Source of the DNA: Andalucia godoyi And28
Lineage: Eukaryota > Protista > Jakobida
Length of the DNA stretch: 64,000 nucleotides
Direction of reading: 5' to 3'
NCBI GenBank assembly: GCA_009859145.1
Contig: VRVR01000009.1
Coordinates: 62,001-126,000, forward strand
The position numbers were made by a program, and so were the translations under genes. Below are positions 1 through 11,143 of this stretch, piece by piece. Position 1 is the stretch's first letter; the number at the start of each line of letters is the position of its first letter. The notes beneath the pieces were generated by a model. The model ran no database searches. It saw nothing but the letters and a program-made list of their open reading frames with translations, and was not told the DNA's origin.

Positions 1-224
1 CCGTCCTCATCATGGGTGAAAAAGCGACCTAGGAAACTGGCACGCACGATGTACTGCTTTGTGAGATTTATATAATAAACACATTCCAGTGCATGTGCAT
101 CATCATGTAAATCAAGCGGAGAGAAATAAGGAGGAAAACATACAGACAATGCACAACACAGGCAGCGAGGTAGCGACAGAAAATACAATTTAAAAAAGAA
201 ACACAAACGAGAAACGGGAAGAAA

Positions 225-3224
225 TCAGCGACGATTCGACACAACACGTTTCCAATCCTGGACTCTATCTTGATTCTCTGGAGGATAGTCATCGTAGCCT
301 CGCAGAGTTGACGATGACTGTTGCCGACTGGCGGGCCCGTTTTGCCTCTGGAATGGCGGAGATCTTCCTTGTGATAGGGAACTTCTCGATGGCCGGCCAA
401 AGCCCGTCGCATTCTCAGAATCCATTCTGCCATTTACCCCGTAGAAGGAATCCGAACCATGCCACTCCTGACCAGTCTCTCGTCCAAAGCCACTGTCTGG
501 TCTTCTTGTGGCCTGTGAACCTTGTTTGAAAGAGCGCGCATTGTGATGTCCACTTCTGTACATTTGCAGAGACGCCTCTCCACCAACGGACTCAGACGAC
601 TTTGCAAAATGTGGTCCATCCAGCGAATCAGCCTTTTTGGTACGATCCTTTTTTCGTCTGCTAGTATCTTCCTCTCCGCCCTCGTCATCATCCGCAGCGT
701 CAAAAACGCTGGTGGAATGCACAAAACCCGGCGGTGTCGGTCCGCGGACCTTCGATTTACTTTCGAACGGCCCGAACTTGGCTCTGGCTTGATCCATCTC
801 CGGAATCGACATGTGGGACCACAGCACCACAAACTGTCGGTACACATCGTTAATTGCCTCATCCTCTCGCTCGGCAGGACAGCTGTCCATGCTACAATAG
901 ACCACATCTCGAATCTTGAACTGCAGGCGTGCCAAAAAACTGTGGTCCACGGTTTGCTTGATGAGCAGCGGTTTCGCAATATTCCACGATCGACAGTACT
1001 GCTCTGCTAATTCGCACCAATAGAGCATTGCCTTAGATGCGGTGGAACCGGCGGCAGTTGATCCGGAAGTCGACGACGATGAAGGGGCTGGAATCGGAAT
1101 TGGAATCGGAATTGGAATTGGAATCGCAGCAGAGCCGGGGACTGCAGCAGAGTGTGAGCTTGTCGAAGAACTCCGATGCATCTGTAATGGATTCGTTTGG
1201 TCATTGGATGCAGCCACCACGGTCTCTCGACGATCAATGCCGTCGATGAACATGTTTGACGGTCGCTGTAACGCCGTTGAAGACAATCGTCGAGGAGAGC
1301 CAGGTGAAGGCCGCACAGGAGACCGAGGAGGAGACCGTTCAGGAGACCGGGGAAGCGAATGCGATCTTCGACGGTAAAGAGACGGCTCGTAGTCTCCGTA
1401 CGACGTCAATTCCCATGATTTTGCAGCGAAACTTCCATCTCTTCGGTACGATGGACCAGAACGACGACGGTCTCGATCATGGTCTGCGTACGCGTATGCA
1501 GATACCCCATCCTCTCGGGAGCCTGCATTGGCAGGTGCGCGGTTTCCGCCACTCGGCATGTCGTCCGACCTTGTAGTGAACGGTTGGTGCAATGAACTTC
1601 GCGGACGATCCATCTGCGGCGCATCACTGTGGTGGGATCGGTTTCGCGCACTGGACGCAGACTTCGTTTCCGATGCGGAAACCTCAGAGCCGTATCCATA
1701 CTGGACTATGGAAGGTGCCGGTGGTCCGGGCTGTTTCGGATAGCCTTGTCGCGCTGGAGAGGGGGAGAGGGACGGGGACGGGGACGGGGACGGAGAAGGG
1801 GACGGAGAAGGGGCTGGAGACGAAGATTTGAAGGGATGGCTGGTGCCAGACAGTGACAAGTTCGAATTCACTTGAATAGGGGTCGACGGAGAACGACTCG
1901 AGACCGGAACTTCCTGCAGTGCTGTTGATTTGGCTGATTTCCAAGAAAACCCCATTGGATCCGCAGGCAAGGTCCGTGATAGCGTTGCCGATCGACCACC
2001 TGATCGAATGAAGCGGTCAAGCTCTTCTTTTTGCTGCTTCTTCTCTGGCGAGGCGTCTTCATCTGCAAATATTGATCGAATCGGTCCGGTGCCTTTTGCT
2101 GTCTTGGAACCGGCCTCTGGTTTCACGAGAAGCGAGTTATGAGGAGGCATTTTTGCAGCTGCAGCCTGCACCTCGGTCTTTTCCATCTTCTCTTTCTTTG
2201 CAGATATCCTTGATTCTCGCCTGCTTGATTCGTCTTGAACGGGAATCGGCAAAAACGGCCTCAATCCATTCGGAGGAATGAAATCGATAAACATATGTGA
2301 AGCAGATGAGCCTACCTTTGGAGGGGTCTCCTTCTTCGCACTGCGTCCCACCTTTTCTTGCTTGACTTCTCGCGGTTTTGCAATCGGTAAAGTCGGCCCT
2401 TGCATCGCTACGAAGGAAGCCGTGGAAGCAGGAAAAAGAGCCAGGGAAGTCGCTGGAGAAGCTCGAGGAGCAGCGGAAACACCGGGAACAGCACAGATCG
2501 CCGAAAACACACCATTGCCGCCGCCACAATTAGTCTCCGCGGCTGGTTTGTCAAGAGTCTGTATTTGCGGAGTGACTGGCTCCACATGTGATTCGTAAGC
2601 GTCGTCGTCAGAACTGGTGTTGCTCATGTCCTCAGCGAGATTTCCATTCTCGATAGAGTGCTTCACATCCAGCATGTCTCTTCTCGATTCCTCCACAACC
2701 AACGTCGTATTTGTAGCAGTTGGAACTTTCGAAGACGCAGAAACCGCGCCAATTTTGGGCGGCTTGGCACCGCGAGTCGTCTTTCTTGATTTCTTTGCAG
2801 GTCTTTCAGGGTCTGGATGCATATTGTCAATGATTGTGTCTGCAAATGTCCGGATCACTGCTCGTGCAGACCGCGGCATCGAGTCCCAGTTTTGACCCTT
2901 TTTCAGTTCCATTCTGTACTGAGTCAGCTGCAGCTCTCTCTCTGCTCGTGATATGGGAAATGACTCGAGATTCTTCTTGAATTCCGCAATTTTTCTCTGA
3001 AAATCCTCGTTCTGCGCGATCTCCTTTGCTTCTGGATCGTCTGCTCGCAGTCTCTTCGTCTTCCCTCTGCCAGTAACAATTTCCACGCAACTCACCACGT
3101 CACCACCGCCACGCATGCTGTCTCGATGCTGCGGATTCTCTGTGAATCGGCTGTCTGGACGAGCCGATTCGATTTGAACTGCAACATTCGATAAACAGCG
3201 AAGCATATCATCGGATTCCGACAT
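225..3224 (-). CDS. Hypothetical ~999-aa, largely disordered Ser/Pro/Arg-rich protein with a possible dsRNA-binding-motif-like domain near the C-terminus
   Basis: 3 kb uninterrupted ORF. The track start at 3263 is TTG; the first ATG is at 3224 (MSESDDML). Contains (PS)n and (IP)n tracts and one compact segment LYWCELAEQYCRSWNIAKP...VVLWSHM (810-1028). Confidence 0.8.
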   Translation of the reverse strand: MSESDDMLRCLSNVAVQIESARPDSRFTENPQHRDSMRGGGDVVSCVEIVTGRGKTKRLRADDPEAKEIAQNEDFQRKIAEFKKNLESFPISRAERELQLTQYRMELKKGQNWDSMPRSARAVIRTFADTIIDNMHPDPERPAKKSRKTTRGAKPPKIGAVSASSKVPTATNTTLVVEESRRDMLDVKHSIENGNLAEDMSNTSSDDDAYESHVEPVTPQIQTLDKPAAETNCGGGNGVFSAICAVPGVSAAPRASPATSLALFPASTASFVAMQGPTLPIAKPREVKQEKVGRSAKKETPPKVGSSASHMFIDFIPPNGLRPFLPIPVQDESSRRESRISAKKEKMEKTEVQAAAAKMPPHNSLLVKPEAGSKTAKGTGPIRSIFADEDASPEKKQQKEELDRFIRSGGRSATLSRTLPADPMGFSWKSAKSTALQEVPVSSRSPSTPIQVNSNLSLSGTSHPFKSSSPAPSPSPSPSPSPSPSLSPSPARQGYPKQPGPPAPSIVQYGYGSEVSASETKSASSARNRSHHSDAPQMDRPRSSLHQPFTTRSDDMPSGGNRAPANAGSREDGVSAYAYADHDRDRRRSGPSYRRDGSFAAKSWELTSYGDYEPSLYRRRSHSLPRSPERSPPRSPVRPSPGSPRRLSSTALQRPSNMFIDGIDRRETVVAASNDQTNPLQMHRSSSTSSHSAAVPGSAAIPIPIPIPIPIPAPSSSSTSGSTAAGSTASKAMLYWCELAEQYCRSWNIAKPLLIKQTVDHSFLARLQFKIRDVVYCSMDSCPAEREDEAINDVYRQFVVLWSHMSIPEMDQARAKFGPFESKSKVRGPTPPGFVHSTSVFDAADDDEGGEEDTSRRKKDRTKKADSLDGPHFAKSSESVGGEASLQMYRSGHHNARSFKQGSQATRRPDSGFGRETGQEWHGSDSFYGVNGRMDSENATGFGRPSRSSLSQGRSPPFQRQNGPASRQQSSSTLRGYDDYPPENQDRVQDWKRVVSNRR

Positions 3225-3766
3225 TGCAAGTTGCCACGTCTCTTCCCAAAATGCAAATTGCAACTTGCGATTCCACGGTCCCGTAGCGTTGTTGTCGTCG
3301 TTGTCACTGTTCTCGGAGGATCTTTCCTGAGACTTTCCTTCCCTTCAAGTACTTCGGTTCCTCTGCTCGTTGCACCCCAACAAGTGTTGCGACTGGTGTT
3401 TTCCTTTGTCGGAGCTTTTTTTTAATTCCCCCTTCTTTATTATTGTTATCATTGTTATTATTGTTATTATTTTCTTTCTGTTTTCGTTTCAGTTTCTGAG
3501 CCACGCATGTCAGGAGGACAGGACAGGTCAGAGACTGTGACAGTCCAGTGACTCGTGAAAGGTCAGTGATCGCCAGCCGTAGTCAAAATAGGGAGTGGGA
3601 CATCCCAAAACAGAAACAACCTATTTTCCTGTTCAGAGCTCCCGAAATGCTCAATTAGTGCATTCGTTAGAAACCGTCTGGACGTTGAGAACCAGGAAAA
3701 ATCTAGGGATTTCAACGAGCTTCTTTTATTGCCATTCCGCATTTTGTATCCACTTGTTCTCTCTCG

Positions 3767-3768
<2 letters not shown>

Positions 3769-3802
<34 letters not shown>

Positions 3803-3815
3803 ACACACACACACA
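3769..3815. repeat. (CA)n microsatellite
   Basis: About 23 CA units with a one-base interruption at 3801, in the intergenic region between divergent genes. Confidence 0.95.
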
Positions 3816-4647
3816 GTCTCGATCTTTCCTTCTCTGTTTCCAATCGAACAGATATTGTATTGATTGTTAATTGGCAATGGTGTGCGCCACAGAGAGAGAG
3901 GCGGCGACGGAGGAATCATCGATTACAAGGAATCGGTTGTCAATATCCGACAGTGTCTCATTGAACCTCGACCTGCACACCTTCAGCCATACTATCCGAT
4001 GATGTCACAGCCGTTCCACCAGACGTTTGGGTTGAAGGGTTATAAATACCCAACCGCTCGCCAAAACATGAATCATTATGGATCATCATCGGCTAAGCGA
4101 CAGATCCAATTTGGGGACGAGCACCAACTCTTCAATGCAGATTGCTCTGCATCAAAGGGTCATCGCAACCACGAGTTCCTTGGTTCTCGGTGTCTTCAGG
4201 CATGGCCGGTTTGAGTTTGCTGGGAAGATCCCTCTTTGGAGCCATGAGGCGTTTTGTCTGCTTGAGGGTTCGATAGTAAAACACGAGCAAACAGAAAATA
4301 ACAGAAAGAAGAAGAGAATGAAGAACGAAAAGACATTCTGGACCTGACTACGGTAGGAACACATCGCGTCCCCATATCGGGTTAGCTGAAACATGCAAAC
4401 TTCCGGTATGATGTTGTTTGATGTTCATATGCAAAACGGTCAACCGTTTGCTTTGCCTCTTCTGCTCTTCCCATCCGGTTCCTCTATGTCCCGTCTTTCT
4501 TTCCAGTTTCTAATGCTTTCCTTTCATTGTGCTGTTTTTTTTTTGTTGTTGCTGTTGTTGCTGTTGTTGTTTTTCCCTTCTTGCACAAAGGTTAGGTAAT
4601 TAATTGGATTTTTACAAGTAATCTGAAGGCGCTGCGCTTGGAGAATA

Positions 4648-7600
4648 ATGCATCCTCATATTTCTATTTCATCTGCTCCGTCACAGAATCCAGTGTTGGT
4701 GACAACAAGAGCATATGCGTGTCCACAGTCTCCATCGCTGGCTTGGCTGAACAAGAACACAGTTGCATATCCTGCTGGTTCTGGGGTTTTGATTTATGAC
4801 TATTCGACTGGGTATCAGCAGCTGTGGAGTCCGGTGCTGTCAACTCCACAGACGGCACCACCGCTGACACTTCGAACTGCGCCGGTTGGATGCATCACTT
4901 ACAATGCGACACTTGACATTTTGGCGGTGGAAGTCATTTCTTCTCCAACACAGATCCTCTTGTTTCGAGGATCGGATCGCGCTTTTCTGGGGTCTACTAG
5001 GCTACCGGCCAAGGCTGCTGTTGCGATTTCAGACATGGCATTCTCTGCAGATGGTGGGCGGTTTGTGGTTCTTGGATCGGTTCCAAGACATGCCGTTGTC
5101 TTGTTTCGAGTGGTTCCTCAGTTAGCGAAAGACTCCTTGGTTCTGGAAGGCGCTTCTCTTTCGGTGCTTGCGGTGGATGACCGTCACTTCAGGGGAACAC
5201 CGGTGGATCGAATCTCGTTTTGTCCAGTGGACCGAAACATCCTGTTTGCTTGCGGTGGATCTTCTGGATCCGGCTGGCTTATCCGATACGACCCATCTGG
5301 AATCCTGTATTCCATTGTCAATGACGACGAAGAGGACGAGAAGAACTCGAGAGTTACAGCATTCGAAAATGCGCATTTGCATGACGTCCGTGTTCATGCG
5401 GATGGGCTTGATGATGCTGATGATGATGAAGACGTCGAAGAAAATGACATTCTGAATGATCCGTCTCTTCACTCTGAAGTTCCAGGAGATGCGGGTCTGC
5501 TGGACGCTTGGGAACAGATGCTGAACCACGGCGACATGCCTGTGGCGGAGGGATCACTGGACAATTCTGGTACCGCAGAGTTCAATGCCGACCTAGTTTC
5601 CGACGCAAGACAGGTAGAGCGCTCGCTACGTACGTCCATGCTGCATGGATTTTCTGCGCTGGTATGCCGGAGAATGAGACTTCGCTCCGATGACTTGGAT
5701 CCTCGAGAGGAGTCCAAGAAAATCGTGTTCACTCCTTCCCATTGTTGGATTGAGGGTGCCCGTGTGGTGGTTGGCTCTGTAGACGGACATGTCATCGTCG
5801 TTGATGCCCGGACCATGTCTGCCGAGTTGGTGTGTCACTTTGACTCCCGTGTCGTGGGTGTATTCGCTTCGAAGTCGCTTCAACAGAACGTGGATGACAA
5901 TGTCATGTACGTGTTGACCGCGGATGGAGTCCTTCGGGTGTTTTCTCGCATTAATCCAGATATTTTTGCGACGTATGCTGTTGTGGATGATAAGCGATTG
6001 GACGGTAATGCACGCTCCGAGGTCATACAGTATCAATGGTTCTTGTCGCAGCCCGGTATATATTCTGCGCCAGCGTCATCTATCGTCTTGACCGCTACTG
6101 GCCAGCTGTTGGCTCTCGATCTTTCGCGCGTTTCACCCTCCCATTCGAATTTGAAGTCGAATTCGCAGGAGTTGTCTCCGCAGCTGCTCGGCGACTTCCA
6201 CCGTGGACCGATTACGAGCGTGTCCGTCATTCCATCCGGGATGGCCCCAGTCATGGTCAGCTCTGGCCAAGATGCGACGATTCGTGTCTGGGATTGGAGA
6301 TCGAATCAACTGGCTCTAATTGTTCGTATCAATGATGTTCCTACTTGCGTTCATGCGACAGAAGATGGCGCGTATCTCGTTGCGGGTACTGCTTCTGGCC
6401 ATTTGATCGTCTTCCGTGTTGATCGATCCACCAACGTCTCGCTCACAGAAGTGTATCATCGCAAGGTTGCTACGTCCCCCATCCACACGATCTCTTCCTC
6501 GCTCTTCCAAAGTGCTGGACAGAGTGGCAAGCTTCATGCTGTGGTCGCTCTCAGCTCTGACAATTTCTCTGTGCTCAGCAGCTTGGTTGTTGGGACGTCT
6601 GTGCGGTTTTCTTTGCTTGGATCCACTCCCTTGTCCGGCTTCCCTACCGACATTGCTTTTGTTCCTCTTCCGAACAATGCCACTCCCGATGCTTCCGAAC
6701 TCAATTTTTATGTCGCGCTCCGTTCATCGCATCTCTATTTGTACACCTTCCCGCAGGCTCCATTCTTGCAATTGAAACATGCTTGTTTCTGGAAGTTTGA
6801 CTTTGCTGCACTGAGCCTTGCAGCTTTGAATGTTGCTCGGCCCTCTGCGGAAACCGGTGTTTCGATCGGGGGCTATCCGTGGTTCCTGTCCGGAGCGTCG
6901 GATATCATGACGATTGCGGAAGACCGTGCAATGAGGGTGTACAGAATGAAGATCCCTACTCCCGACGATCCATCTGATGTGCTTCTTACTGCAGACTTTG
7001 TTTCTGCTGCTGCACACGGTAAAATTGGGTCATCGCTTATTGCCGTGCCGCAGATTTCGCAAGACGGGCTGCCGGATTTGCTGTTCGCGACTGCAGCGAC
7101 AGATGGAACTGTTGCTATTTGGGATATGGACAGTGCTTTTGCGGAATGGGGTTCAAACTCTCCGTATGCCCCTTCTCCAGCAAAGGACTCGTCCCTCCGA
7201 TTTTCATCGTCGCTGAATAGCTTGGTTCTTGTTCGAGCATCCATTCACTCGAGTCTGTCTGGAGGTGTGCGGAGTTTAGCTGCAGATCGAAGAAGTGCCA
7301 CTGTGTACACGTGTGGTGCAGATGGCGCGATCGTGGTCTCGAGCGTCGTGGCTCCGTCAATGGCCAACACTACGTGGCCTGTTCTGAAGTTTACTTCTAC
7401 GGATGAATCGTTGTCTGTTTCTGTTGCGGTGTCAGAATCGTCTGAAGTATCCAACTCGTCGAACGCGTCGTCTGATTTGCAGAGCGCCGCGCCCGGCATG
7501 TCAGCTGTGGCTATGGACGAAGACCTGCGTGAATCTGTGCTGAAAGATCTCGATTATTTGCGAGAACAGCTCCAGGATCTCGTTTTGAAGAACCGTGCCG

Positions 7601-10600
7601 CCCCGGAGGATGAGAAGCTCCTGCGTGGAGAATTCCTGATTGATGAAGGTATGGTGAAAAAACTGGAGAACGACTTTAAAGTCTCATCCGACGAATTGCG
7701 AAAGAAGGCCCGCGAGTCAGAACTTTCGTCGGAACTGCTTCTGCGCCGTATCCGAGACGAGTGTGTTGCACCCATGGATACGAGAGGCCAGAGTCTCGTG
7801 GCGTTGTCGTCAACGTCGACTTTCTCTGTTGTGAATTACCCAATCATGAAGAAGTCCGAGCGTCAGAAGCGCGCTGGCGATGTGCGCGTCTCGCTGTCGA
7901 AGATCCGCAATTTGCGTTTAGTGGAGGTAGAAGAGTTCCGCCGCTCGAATCGCACGTCTGTGTCGCAGATTATTAATGTTGTATCGCCGCAAACTGCGTC
8001 GGCTGTTGCAAAGATTTACGAAAAGCACCCATTGTTTGACGGCGGCTTCATTTCCCCGGCATCCGCGAATCCTTTGGCGTACCATCCCATTGATGTATAT
8101 ACGCAATTCCGAAAGCGTGTTCAGTACAGGCTGTTGCGCGAAGAAATCGATGCGGAAAAGGAGAAATTCAACGTTGATTTCAAGGGCACCTTGGAAAAGA
8201 AGCTCTCCGAAATGGGAAAGATTGCGGAACGTATTGATCGCATGCGTGATATCAGTCGCGAACTTGGTAAGGGCTCTGTTGTTGTCGATCTCGGGAAAGA
8301 TTTCATTTCCAACTCAGCTACGTCAGAAGGTGCACAGATTTCCGTTGGCTTCTTGTCTGCAGTCCTATCCATCATGACTCAAGTTGCCGCATCACGATCG
8401 AACCCCAATGCACCGTTCCCAGTCGCTAACCAGCTGGGACCGATTATTCAACAGATTGTTCAAAAGCAAAAGATGCTATTTGTCCGATCATACGACCCTG
8501 CGCGAGACGACGCTCCTGAGACTGTGTCTTCCAAGTACTTGGCGAAGAAACCCGAGCTGCACGATGCTGAAGTTCCGGATCGCCTGCTGACGCTGACCGA
8601 AGAAGAAAAGAAAGACCTCACTCGCCGACGGGCAGTCTTTGAGGAGGACTATGCGGATGTTAAGCGCGAGCAGGCTGAAGAGCAGCAGCGAAAGGCCGAG
8701 CTTCAGTTGGCGGAGAACGAAGGTGCGATGAATGCGATGGAGGATCAGTTGAATATTGACCGGCAACGGATGGAAAAGGCGCTCGTGCAGATGATGGACG
8801 GCCAATTAGAACGCCCTGCGCCGTCGGAATTAGAGCGCGTCCCGGAAAAGTCGACCGTTGTCGAAGCGATTGAGAAGAAGCTTCTCAATTTCTGGACTAT
8901 GTTGGCTGCCAATACCAAGGAGCCTGGCTCCATCCGAATGATGTCTCTGATGCCGGCCAACATGCTGGACCCCGAAGCGTCGAAGAACGGGGATCCGATC
9001 TTCCTTTCGGATGATGAAATTGTGCAGTGGAAAGTGTATGAGACATTGGTTCTGAAGATTCGTGAAGAACAAGACAAATATCGGCGATCTTTGGAAGGCG
9101 AGTTCAAAAAACTAGAGGAAGAGATTGAGCAAGTCTCTGCCGCTTTCGATGCACAGCTTGTTGCGCTAGGGGATCGCAAACGAGAATGCGATCAGCGTGT
9201 TGCGAAAGCTGAGTACTCTCTCATTCAGCTGGCCAAGGCGGCGCTGTTTGCGCGAGAGGTGTCTGTCCAGGAAGGTCTGCTATCAGATTCGTTGGCACGT
9301 CTCCGAAGAAATCGCTTGGACATCTCCAACAAGGTCAGAATCATTGAATTCCGACGTGATGTCTGCAGACGAATTATTGATGTCGTTGCCGAACAAGAAC
9401 GAGGACTTGAGAGAAGCACTCGGTCCCGACTGGCGTCGATGCAACTCGCGGATGATCGCGCCATTGACTCTCTCATCAAACTCTTCCGAAAGAAGCTGGC
9501 TCACAACTTTGACGAAACAGAGAAGACTCTTCTGGAGGAGTTCTTCGCGCTCGAATGGGATCTTCTGGAGCACGAGCAGATTCAGCAGCAGCAGCAGCAA
9601 CAGCAGGCGGCCGGTGTTGCTCCTCCATCTGCTCCGGCCGTTGCAGGAGGTGACGCTGGAAACGTCGAAGACATACGCGACGATGAAGAGCGCCGTCTTA
9701 TGGACCGATCGGAACAGCGATCGACTCTTGAGCGACTGATTTGCAATCTCGATGGCAACGGATTTGTGCACTTCATTCAGAGAACGCTTGATCTCCTCTC
9801 TCCGGTGGAAATGGATGGCGCAGTGGATGAAGATGAGGAGGCGGTTATTCCTATTTCCGACGCCGATTTTGCTCTGCTGAACAGGGACCGTCCCGATCGC
9901 GTTGACGAAAATCTGTGGAACGAATTTGTCGTGGAGCGTGCGAAGAAGCTGCGACTGGAGCGCCGCAGTTTGATTCTGTCCCGTCTCCGATCGGCGCTAT
10001 CCTCCATGCTTGCTCGATGGCGCAAGTTAGAGCATGCGTACGTGCATCGTCTGGAGGCGACCGAACGTGCGTATGGTGAATATGTGCGTGATGTTTTATT
10101 TAGAGATGCGCTGGATGCGGATATTCTATTGCAGATGCGCCAGGGCCAGGTGGAGGTGGATCAAGCAGCGGTTGTTACGGACTATGTCGATGCGATTCTC
10201 GTGCAGACAGGTTCTGTGCAAGCTCGAAACGCCAGAATCCGGGGTCATGGTACTGACAAGGTGGGTCTTTTGCAGCAAATTCGAGAACTTCGCCGAGGCA
10301 TTTACACGTTGCAGTGGGAGCGCGAGCGCCTTGAGCTGGCTGCCCAGGATATTTCGCAACGCATCCGCGATGTGCAGCTTTTGCGGGTGACCAAATCCAT
10401 GCAAGCATTGATCAAAGCATCTGCAAACATGAAGAGCAGCAACGGTGGTGGCGGAGCTGGCAAGAAACGGCAGGATGCGCTGACGACAACGTTGAATTCG
10501 CTGGTCGACAATGGCGGGGACTCGAATTCTGCAACCGCAAATGTCGGGGAGCAGCTGCACGCGGCAGAGCGAGTGCGTCTTGAGCGAAAGATCGACATGT

Positions 10601-10968
10601 CGAAGAAGAATGCAGAGCAAAAGCGGAAGGAGAAGCTTGCGTCTCTCAAACAGCTCGAGCGACAGTTGAAACGCATGGAAGAAGAGAACGGTGTGATGGA
10701 CGATCAAATTAGTACGTTGTCTGTCGAGCTACAAGAACGCCAGCGCATTTATGCGGCGCAGAACCTCGGCCGTGAAACAGAGGGGCTCCATCATCGGATG
10801 AAGCTGGTGCGTGGATCCAGGAAACTCGCAGAACTGTCCAAGGCTCAAGAGGTGGAATTGCAGGCTCTCAAGCAAGAACTGGATCGGCTCCGAGAACGAA
10901 CTTTCCCGAGCTTTGCAACTGTCCGACGACGCAACGAAATGATGGGTAATCCGGATGAGCGATCTTAG
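4648..10968 (+). CDS. CFAP43: Cilia- and flagella-associated protein 43 (WD40 repeats plus long coiled-coil C-terminus)
   Basis: 2106-aa ORF. N-terminal WD40 repeats (FHRGPITSV...SGQDATIRVWDW; TAATDGTVAIWD) are followed by a coiled coil with QGQVEV..DYVDAILV and a terminal ELDRLRERTFPSF typical of CFAP43/WDR96. Confidence 0.88.
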   Translation: MHPHISISSAPSQNPVLVTTRAYACPQSPSLAWLNKNTVAYPAGSGVLIYDYSTGYQQLWSPVLSTPQTAPPLTLRTAPVGCITYNATLDILAVEVISSPTQILLFRGSDRAFLGSTRLPAKAAVAISDMAFSADGGRFVVLGSVPRHAVVLFRVVPQLAKDSLVLEGASLSVLAVDDRHFRGTPVDRISFCPVDRNILFACGGSSGSGWLIRYDPSGILYSIVNDDEEDEKNSRVTAFENAHLHDVRVHADGLDDADDDEDVEENDILNDPSLHSEVPGDAGLLDAWEQMLNHGDMPVAEGSLDNSGTAEFNADLVSDARQVERSLRTSMLHGFSALVCRRMRLRSDDLDPREESKKIVFTPSHCWIEGARVVVGSVDGHVIVVDARTMSAELVCHFDSRVVGVFASKSLQQNVDDNVMYVLTADGVLRVFSRINPDIFATYAVVDDKRLDGNARSEVIQYQWFLSQPGIYSAPASSIVLTATGQLLALDLSRVSPSHSNLKSNSQELSPQLLGDFHRGPITSVSVIPSGMAPVMVSSGQDATIRVWDWRSNQLALIVRINDVPTCVHATEDGAYLVAGTASGHLIVFRVDRSTNVSLTEVYHRKVATSPIHTISSSLFQSAGQSGKLHAVVALSSDNFSVLSSLVVGTSVRFSLLGSTPLSGFPTDIAFVPLPNNATPDASELNFYVALRSSHLYLYTFPQAPFLQLKHACFWKFDFAALSLAALNVARPSAETGVSIGGYPWFLSGASDIMTIAEDRAMRVYRMKIPTPDDPSDVLLTADFVSAAAHGKIGSSLIAVPQISQDGLPDLLFATAATDGTVAIWDMDSAFAEWGSNSPYAPSPAKDSSLRFSSSLNSLVLVRASIHSSLSGGVRSLAADRRSATVYTCGADGAIVVSSVVAPSMANTTWPVLKFTSTDESLSVSVAVSESSEVSNSSNASSDLQSAAPGMSAVAMDEDLRESVLKDLDYLREQLQDLVLKNRAAPEDEKLLRGEFLIDEGMVKKLENDFKVSSDELRKKARESELSSELLLRRIRDECVAPMDTRGQSLVALSSTSTFSVVNYPIMKKSERQKRAGDVRVSLSKIRNLRLVEVEEFRRSNRTSVSQIINVVSPQTASAVAKIYEKHPLFDGGFISPASANPLAYHPIDVYTQFRKRVQYRLLREEIDAEKEKFNVDFKGTLEKKLSEMGKIAERIDRMRDISRELGKGSVVVDLGKDFISNSATSEGAQISVGFLSAVLSIMTQVAASRSNPNAPFPVANQLGPIIQQIVQKQKMLFVRSYDPARDDAPETVSSKYLAKKPELHDAEVPDRLLTLTEEEKKDLTRRRAVFEEDYADVKREQAEEQQRKAELQLAENEGAMNAMEDQLNIDRQRMEKALVQMMDGQLERPAPSELERVPEKSTVVEAIEKKLLNFWTMLAANTKEPGSIRMMSLMPANMLDPEASKNGDPIFLSDDEIVQWKVYETLVLKIREEQDKYRRSLEGEFKKLEEEIEQVSAAFDAQLVALGDRKRECDQRVAKAEYSLIQLAKAALFAREVSVQEGLLSDSLARLRRNRLDISNKVRIIEFRRDVCRRIIDVVAEQERGLERSTRSRLASMQLADDRAIDSLIKLFRKKLAHNFDETEKTLLEEFFALEWDLLEHEQIQQQQQQQQAAGVAPPSAPAVAGGDAGNVEDIRDDEERRLMDRSEQRSTLERLICNLDGNGFVHFIQRTLDLLSPVEMDGAVDEDEEAVIPISDADFALLNRDRPDRVDENLWNEFVVERAKKLRLERRSLILSRLRSALSSMLARWRKLEHAYVHRLEATERAYGEYVRDVLFRDALDADILLQMRQGQVEVDQAAVVTDYVDAILVQTGSVQARNARIRGHGTDKVGLLQQIRELRRGIYTLQWERERLELAAQDISQRIRDVQLLRVTKSMQALIKASANMKSSNGGGGAGKKRQDALTTTLNSLVDNGGDSNSATANVGEQLHAAERVRLERKIDMSKKNAEQKRKEKLASLKQLERQLKRMEEENGVMDDQISTLSVELQERQRIYAAQNLGRETEGLHHRMKLVRGSRKLAELSKAQEVELQALKQELDRLRERTFPSFATVRRRNEMMGNPDERS

Positions 10969-11143
10969 AAACAGAATTGTTGAACGAAATGCAATGCCTG
11001 CATATATTTCTGGCGTGATTAAACCTTTTTCTCCTTTCTTTTCTTTTTCTTTTTTTTTTTAATTAAAGAACTTTTAATTTTTAGGGAAGTGGAGGGGGAG
11101 ATGAAGCGTATCTTTGGTGGATGCACAGGTGTTTGAGATTTGA

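Noticed and set aside
1-75. Possible 3' end of a plus-strand gene at the window start (VLIMGEKAT* or ...YCFVRFI*)
   Set aside because: Too short to choose a frame or assign a product.
3864-4394. Several 80-116 aa ORFs upstream of CFAP43
   Set aside because: No ATG-anchored frame with a recognisable motif, and the frames are mutually overlapping. Cannot be supported.
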